DNA of 64,000 nucleotides, taken from assembly GCF_009914755.1 (NCBI RefSeq), contig NC_060929.1; one strand, written 5' to 3'. A program made the position numbers and the translations under genes. Below, piece by piece: positions 56,979-64,000 of this stretch. The stretch's first letter is position 1. Every line of letters begins with the position of its first letter. The notes beneath the pieces are model-generated. The model was not told the origin of the DNA, made no database searches, and saw only the letters and a list, made by a program, of their open reading frames with translations. This DNA is from the human T2T-CHM13v2.0 reference genome, Homo sapiens.

Positions 56979-59287
56979 TGAATGATAGTCTTTTGGAGTG
57001 ACCTTAAACTTTAATACTCTACCAGAAGCATGTTTTTATTATTATTTAAAGGTTTGCACAACAGTGTTCTGCTTCAAGTGCAGCCTAATCCATGGTGTAC
57101 AGGGTTTCTGCAGAAAAGTTTATTCATGCACCTCAATGGGTTGAGCCTCCCTGTGCAGCAGGGCTGTGTCCTGAAAACAAGGGAGAAGCAGCTACTTTTC
57201 TAATCTACTGCTCGCCTGCAAGCCAGACTGCTTTTAGCTCTCTCTCCATTTCATCCTATTTAAAATGTTTTCTATTCACATAAACACATACACTTTTCAT
57301 TATATTTTTTGAGTATGATTATGCACACATTAGAAAGTACAAAAGGGTCTACAGGAAAAATAAATCCTTTCCTAGAGGTAACTATTATACCTAGAGGTAA
57401 CTATTATAAGCACTTTCTCCCGTGCCCTTCCGGAGATACTCAGCACACATGTGTGCTGGTGTGGTGTAAATACTATCCTGCGTACCACTTTTCTCACTTA
57501 TGTTGTATTTTGAAGGTCTTGTCAAGAAAATGGTTTACTAAAAAGAAATAAGGGATTTGTGTTAAATGAACAAAATATGATATTTTAAATGGTCATGAAA
57601 TGACCTTCTTTTCCCCTAATGTTTTCCTATTTAATGGCATCTCTTCTGTCTCATTATTTTCCTGCAGTTATGAATACAAAGCATTCAGAAAATTTGCCAG
57701 CATGGACTTATATCTCTAAAATAGGATTGGCTCAAGTGATTTCAAGGCACCATACCAAGACCTGTGTTATGTCGGAGAAAACAAAAGACAACAGATATTC
57801 CTTGTGTATGTTGGTGAAATACTACTATTAAAGTTTCAAGCTTTTCCACAAATGAAGGCAGCATCTCGTCAGTGCCACATCACTGGGCTTCAGGAGAATT
57901 GGGTAAAGTAAAACAGGGCCTTATCTTCCTCTGTGTTGTTATCTTCCTCTGTGTCGTTAGAACCAAGTGGCTGCTGCCCATGGGGTACTGGCCTCATGTG
58001 CCACCTGCTCAGAGCACATCCTGAGGACACCAGCTTTCCCCAGAGTGTCTCCTCCACACACCACCAGGGTGAGGGGCAGTGTCACTAATACCTTTCCCTG
58101 ACCTGTCAACCCTGCACCCAGTGAGACGATTGGAGGTATGTGCTGAGCATCACTGTGATGCTGGCAAGTCTACCTGGCTGCAGAGCAAGGCCTTTCAGGC
58201 TCTGGAGATAATGAGAAGAGCCTGGGTGCATCGTAACCACCCCAGTCTGTCTCCTCCCCAGGGATTTTCTGAGCTGCCTTCCCTGTGCTCATGATCCTCC
58301 CTACCTGGAAGGGATTCCACCCTGCCAATGCGGACCCACGGGGCTCTAATACTTGGTGTCAAAGGGAGGGTCACTGTTCAGTGAGTGCCCACCTGGCCTA
58401 GGTCTACGGGGCTCTGTTTGAGTCCTTCCTGAACCTCATGCAACCCTCCAGTGGCTGATAGGCCCCAGGGAAGCTGAACCTACAGTCAGGAGATGCCATC
58501 AAGGCCTCACCTGTGATACATGGCAGAGGTCGGATATCTCTCTTTGTCCCTAAACCCTGAACTTTTCCCTCTAAGCTGTGCTCCTTGGCTGCTCCAGACA
58601 ATGTGTTCCAGGAACCCAGGACTTTGGAGCTGGATCTGCCCCCTCGGGTGCATGGACACTGTGAAGGGAGGCTGCTTTCTCTCTGACTCACTGTCAGGCA
58701 AAACTCACAACACATTCCTGACCACTGAAGTGCCAGTGGATAATGCAGTTCCCAGCACAGTCCTGATCACTCACTCACTGACTCACAACCACCTCAACTT
58801 TTCACTTCCAGCTTAGTTGGTCAATGGTTTCAGCATCTTTGGCCTTTCTTGACTCTGTCTTGAAGCCTCTAGGGCTGGAGAACTGCCAACCTGGGACAGA
58901 CAGATAAAGTATCCAGGGGACATTTCACCAGCAGCCACTGGGACTTTAACTGTAACAATGACGCTATACTTAGATAAGCAAGAGCTGATTTCACACAAGT
59001 TCTTACTTCTTCTCTCTCTGACAGAGCTGTTAGCACTCTCAGGGTCAATGCCTTCTTCTGAAGGAAATACTTCCTGCTGCACCGGTAACTCATGTTTCAT
59101 TATAACATAGGGAAGATGCATGATAGTCTCCATATGCAGATACTGTGTCATTAGTCAAATGAATCATTCCAGCAGGTGCCTGGGAAAGGCTGGGGCCAGC
59201 TGACATCTTTATGATGATTATATAGTCTTTGTGTCTCATGCAACTAAAAATAGCTCTCTAAGACAAAAAATTTGAATTGAAGCACAT

Positions 59288-59371
59288 TTTTCTGCATGGG
59301 GAAAGTAGTGCCCATTAAATTTCTTCTGATTTTCTGCATGGGGAAAGCAGTGCCCATTAAATTTGTTCTGA
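59288..59371. repeat. 2 x 42 bp tandem duplication
   Basis: ttttctgcatggggaaag(t/c)agtgcccattaaattt(c/g)ttctga occurs twice. Confidence 0.9.
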
Positions 59372-61005
59372 ATGTGCTTACTATAGTTCTTTCCTTTGAA
59401 TATGATTTTCTGCTGTTGATTTTGATCAGTAAAGATGGAATACAGACCAACTACCCTGTTGGTTCAATTGGCTAATAATTTCCTGTACAATGATTGATTT
59501 TCAACAAAATGAAAAAATAAACAAGTGAAGATGCCTATGTTGTCAAAAACATCCTTGCTAGGTAACTGTTTTCAACCATTAGCCCTACAATAAGATTCAT
59601 CTAAACTGCCTATGCCATTGTGCCAGTGCCAGCAGCCTGAAGATCTAAAAAAAAAATTCCATTCTGAATATCTCAGAATAGTTCAACTTCCTCTGATTTA
59701 ACCAATAGCATCTCAGCTGGTTCAGACACACAGGAGTAGTATTTTAGGGTGGTGATGGGCTTTGCACCAGGTTCTCCTGGGTTCTCAAGGCCCTTGAAGG
59801 TCTTCCACAGGGTAACTGTGAGGCTCAGCAGGAGGAAAGTGAACTGCACACGTCTGGCAGCAGGCACAAATACCTAGCCAGCTCTGCTGAGGCATCAGCT
59901 GTTTGAGCCTCAGGCTCTGCATGGCCTCCCTGAGAATGGGAACACTTATAAACTCTGCTCCACTCTTGACCTACACTGTCCTGGACCCAGGCAGCAGACA
60001 GTCCTGGACCCTGGGTGTTGTCCAAGTGTGTTACCTAACCAGGGCTACTGTGGCTCGAGCCTCCCGAACACAATGCTTTTGGATAATTTTATTGTCAGGG
60101 CTCGTTTCCTACGGTGCTTTGGGTTCAAAACTCACACTGGATCCCACTGGCTGAATTCCATGTGTGCACTTGGGCCAGTGACATCATCCCTCTAAGTCTC
60201 ATGGTCTCCATTTATAAAATGCAGATTAAATACATAAGCACTGTTCCTTTTCTATAATTCCCAAGTGCAAAATCTCTGAAAAGTAATGCTTCATCAGTCA
60301 TCTGGCATTAAAATGTCACTGACCTGAACCATTTTCTGTAGACCTGACCAGAACTTCTAGGAAGACCCTTAGCATCTTCACTTTTTTCAACATCTCACAG
60401 CAGCACTGTTAAGGAGATTGGTTGTAGAACAACCCCAGGCCCTGTGCAGGTGTCACGTAATATAGAGTAAAGGCCCCACATACCCTTCTAACAAACATCT
60501 AAAAGCTGCTGAGTTCCAAAACCCTTCTCTATTTCCAGAGGTGTTACATGAAGAACTGTAGACCCTTGGTGCCTACATCAATGCTCCTTGTGAGGACCAA
60601 ATGGGCTTTGCACCATATTCTTGTCTATAACATGTAAAACAGTGTATAGCACACAATTAGTGATCTAAAAACATTAGAGGGTACTAATTGGTATGATCAT
60701 TTTTATGTGAACTGTTTGCATATTCATCTTGTAGTTGGATCCCATGTTAGCAACTGTTAGTTAGTGAACTCACTCCACTGACTTAGCTCAGACACCTAAC
60801 ATTGCCCTTCTGAGGCACTGGGGTCTCTGATGATATGATTGCTTGTCAGAGGGGCTGGGACTGCGTGGGTGCCCATCCTAAGCTCAATGGCCTTCACAAA
60901 ACTGACACAGAGCAGGTGTTCAGCAAGGATTACTGAATGAATGACTGAATGAATGAATGAACTAACAGACTGCTGACTGAGCAGACAGAATGTCACAGAT
61001 AGTGA

Positions 61006-61331
<326 letters not shown>

Positions 61332-61907
61332 AGTAAGCTCCTAATCAAGGTAGTTAATAATGGTAGTTAGGAATGATAAGTACATTCCTGAAACATGCCT
61401 ATGAAGCTTCAGGTTCCATGTGAACATGTCAGAGGCAATGCCTGTTGGGCTGGGCTCTCTGAGACACCCTGTGGAACGGATTAGGGGAGCAAATGGGAAT
61501 CTATCATCATCAGTCACACATGTGGAAGTTAAGGTCTCAATGTAGACATTGGCTCGGATTCTGAAAGGCGGACATGGGCTGTTCCTTGGTGGCTGGACAG
61601 CCAACCTCTCCATCCAGGCATGTTCACAACACAGACAAGTACTTTATGGGTATATGTAAGGCACAGACTGTAAAGTCCAAATTTATCATGTACTTGAACC
61701 AGATAATGTTGTCTTTGACATTCAGGGTGGCAGGAGGTTTGAAAAATTCCTCTAGCACTATAGGTATAACCTTATGCCTCATTACAATTTAGTCATTTCA
61801 GTGGGTTGGAGATTGGAAGCTAGCTGCCATGGATTTGTATTATAAATATAAACAAATTGTTTGAATTCTACTTTACTCATGAAATTAACTATAGTGAATA
61901 CCGAGAC

Positions 61908-62094
61908 CACTGGTTCATAAAGCTTAGAACCCATAAGAATCACCTGCAAGGCTAATTGAACCACCAACTGCTGGGACCTTCCCATGAGGTCCTGATTCTG
62001 TGGATCAAGGTGGGGCCTGAGGATCTGCATTCCCATCAAGTTCCCAGGCCATGCCCTGGACGTGGGTCTACGCACCCCATTTTGAGAACCACCG
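61908..62094. mobile_element. MER5A (hAT-Charlie MITE)
   Basis: agaatcacctg...ggtggggcctgag..tctgcatt...caagttcccagg...ttttgagaaccac. Confidence 0.75.
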
Positions 62095-62276
62095 ATCGGT
62101 ACATCAAATATTGACTATTAAGCCTTTATGCCAAGGTAGAATGCCTGGGATCCATGACTTTCTCTGGTTTTTCATTCTTGGCCAAGAGGCAGAAAAATTA
62201 TAGAAAACATGCAGGAAGGGAAATGATTAGAATATATCAGTACATCCATTACAACTACTTAAAAGGAATAACGTAC

Positions 62277-62324
62277 CTCCACACCTTTTCTCTTCTACGC
62301 TACTGGATCTTGCCACAGATACTT
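62277..62324 (-). CDS. SEMA5A: Semaphorin-5A 48-nt juxtamembrane exon
   Basis: ttttctttttccag|AA GTA TCT GTG GCA AGA TCC AGT AGC GTA GAA GAG AAA AGG TGT GGA G|gtacgt, i.e. (E)VSVARSSSVEEKRCG. Phase 1-1 joins the flanking exons. Missed by the ORF track. Confidence 0.93.
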
Positions 62325-63739
62325 CTGGAAAAAGAAAAGTCGAATCACAATGTGTAAAAGGTGTTCAGAAGACAGTCCACATTCATGCTTCATGTATGTT
62401 TGTCTAATGATTCTGAATGTTATGTGACACAAAGTTTCAAAAGCTTGATTAATTATCAGAAAAATTCTACTTGTTTCTTTGCTTGTTTTAACCAACCTGA
62501 TATGGATTTGGCCAAATCACCTTGACTGGGGAGAGATAAGATTCATTTATCACAGAAAGATAATGCTATGGTCTCTCAGGCTGAAAGCAGGGAATGTGCT
62601 CATTTTCCATTACAAGGTGTCTTGCCGGGGGGATCCCCCCACTCTGCCCAACACACAGAGTACTCCTGTGGTATTCCTGCTTCTGAGACTTGTTCCATCA
62701 AAGCCAGTGTTGTCACCTTCCCGGCAGAGGGAGGGCCCATTCACCAGAGCTCAAGGACATCTCCAGAACAAGTGAAGTCCCTCTTCAGGAGGCCACTGAT
62801 GCTCTTGGCATGCCACACATGAAACCCACAGTAGGATGCAGAGAGAGGCCACATCTCATACATGTTTTAACTCCTGAGGATAAAATATCACTCGGTAGTC
62901 TAGAAACACCATTCTTTCCTGTACTGATTTTTTGTTAGACAACAAGAATTAAAAATATGTCTATCGTTAAAAAGGAAAACAATAACAACCACTCTTATAG
63001 TTCTGTGCCGTACATGACTGAGGTATGGTATGCTAATTTTCTCTAAAATAGTATCTTTTGCACAGACGAAAGAAAACAAAGAAAACTGGCTTATAGAATT
63101 CAACTCTACTATTTATTTGTAAGAGGCTGGTCCACCTAACAGTCCTAAGGCACACAGTGGACATATGCGCAATGATCTATGCATTCATATAGCACCTTGT
63201 CACAGTGAGCATGCAACAAGTGATCAGCTATCACCAACAACTACACACTGACTTTACCATGAGAAGCTGGTTGAATGAGGGCCAACCTCTTCTCCAACAG
63301 GAGAATAATGATGCATTTCTACCTTCTCAAGTATATTAAAGATAGCATAAAGAGAATGGTGCTTTTTCTCTGTGTGCCAGTGCATACACAGCGAGCACTG
63401 CCTAAACATTTAACCTAATATTAAAATAACCAAATAACCAAAACATATTTAATAATAACCAAATATTTTCATTTTTTTGAGCAAAGTCTTCTGATTGCAT
63501 TATAGTTGATAAACTGCAAAAGACACTTTTCCTAAGAAATCTTAAATTCATGAACTGAATTCATGTTTAAATCTGCAGTTATCTATAGACCTACGTTTTA
63601 AACACCTTGAAACCATGGGGCTTGATGGAATCATCTCTATTTCACCAAATAAGCCAAATAAAACTCTGACCTATGAATCATTTTCTCTCTCCATGTTGGA
63701 AATGATTTTATTCTTACTGATAAATACCTCTGCTCTTAC

Positions 63740-63895
63740 CTGGGATGAAATTAGAGTCAAACACACACGGCCGGCTCTCCGTGGTGTTCCCGGAGCACTG
63801 GCTGCCCATGGGGAACAGGAGGATGCACTGGCGGGCGCGGACTTGGACGCCAGAGGCTTCACACTCAGACCAGTCCGACCACTCCGACCAGCTCT
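63740..63895 (-). CDS. SEMA5A: Semaphorin-5A exon encoding the last thrombospondin type-1 repeat
   Basis: tctctgcag|AG ... CCA G|gtaaga, 156 nt; (E)SWSEWSDWSECEASGVQVRARQCILLFPMGSQCSGNTTESRPCVFDSNFIP with WxxWxxW and RxRxC motifs. Confidence 0.96.
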
Positions 63896-64000
63896 CTGCA
63901 GAGACCAGAAAAGGGGAGATGGGGCGGAATGGCCAGTAAGCTCAATCATCCTAGACTCACTGGCAAGTTACATATGTGATTTCTGGATTCCAGGATTCCA

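Overview
Eukaryotic, primate (most likely human) genomic DNA; there is no prokaryotic content, CRISPR array or RNA gene. The right third holds the 3' end of SEMA5A (semaphorin-5A) on the minus strand: four coding exons (63740-63895 last TSR repeat, 62277-62324, 56236-56447 transmembrane, 54759-54878 C-terminal tail and stop) and a ~7.9 kb 3'UTR ending at an AATAAA at 46915-46920. The left two thirds are intergenic and dense in transposons: a minus-strand HERV-H provirus (10241-21166) whose gag is interrupted by a 5.3 kb L1PA3/4-type LINE-1 with a clear TSD and whose 5' LTR is replaced by a second copy of leader repeats; two THE1 (MaLR) proviruses; an L1M > L1PB > THE1/Alu/L1PA nest; and many Alu, MLT1, MST, MIR and DNA-transposon fragments. 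I did not find a convincing novel biological system. The most notable items are structural: the LTR-less HERV-H with duplicated leader, templated-insertion scars in L1s, an inverted L1 ORF1 fragment, and a perfect 47-bp duplication of a hairpin-embedded AAUAAA in the SEMA5A 3'UTR. Repeat subfamily calls come from recalled consensus features, not from a database search.
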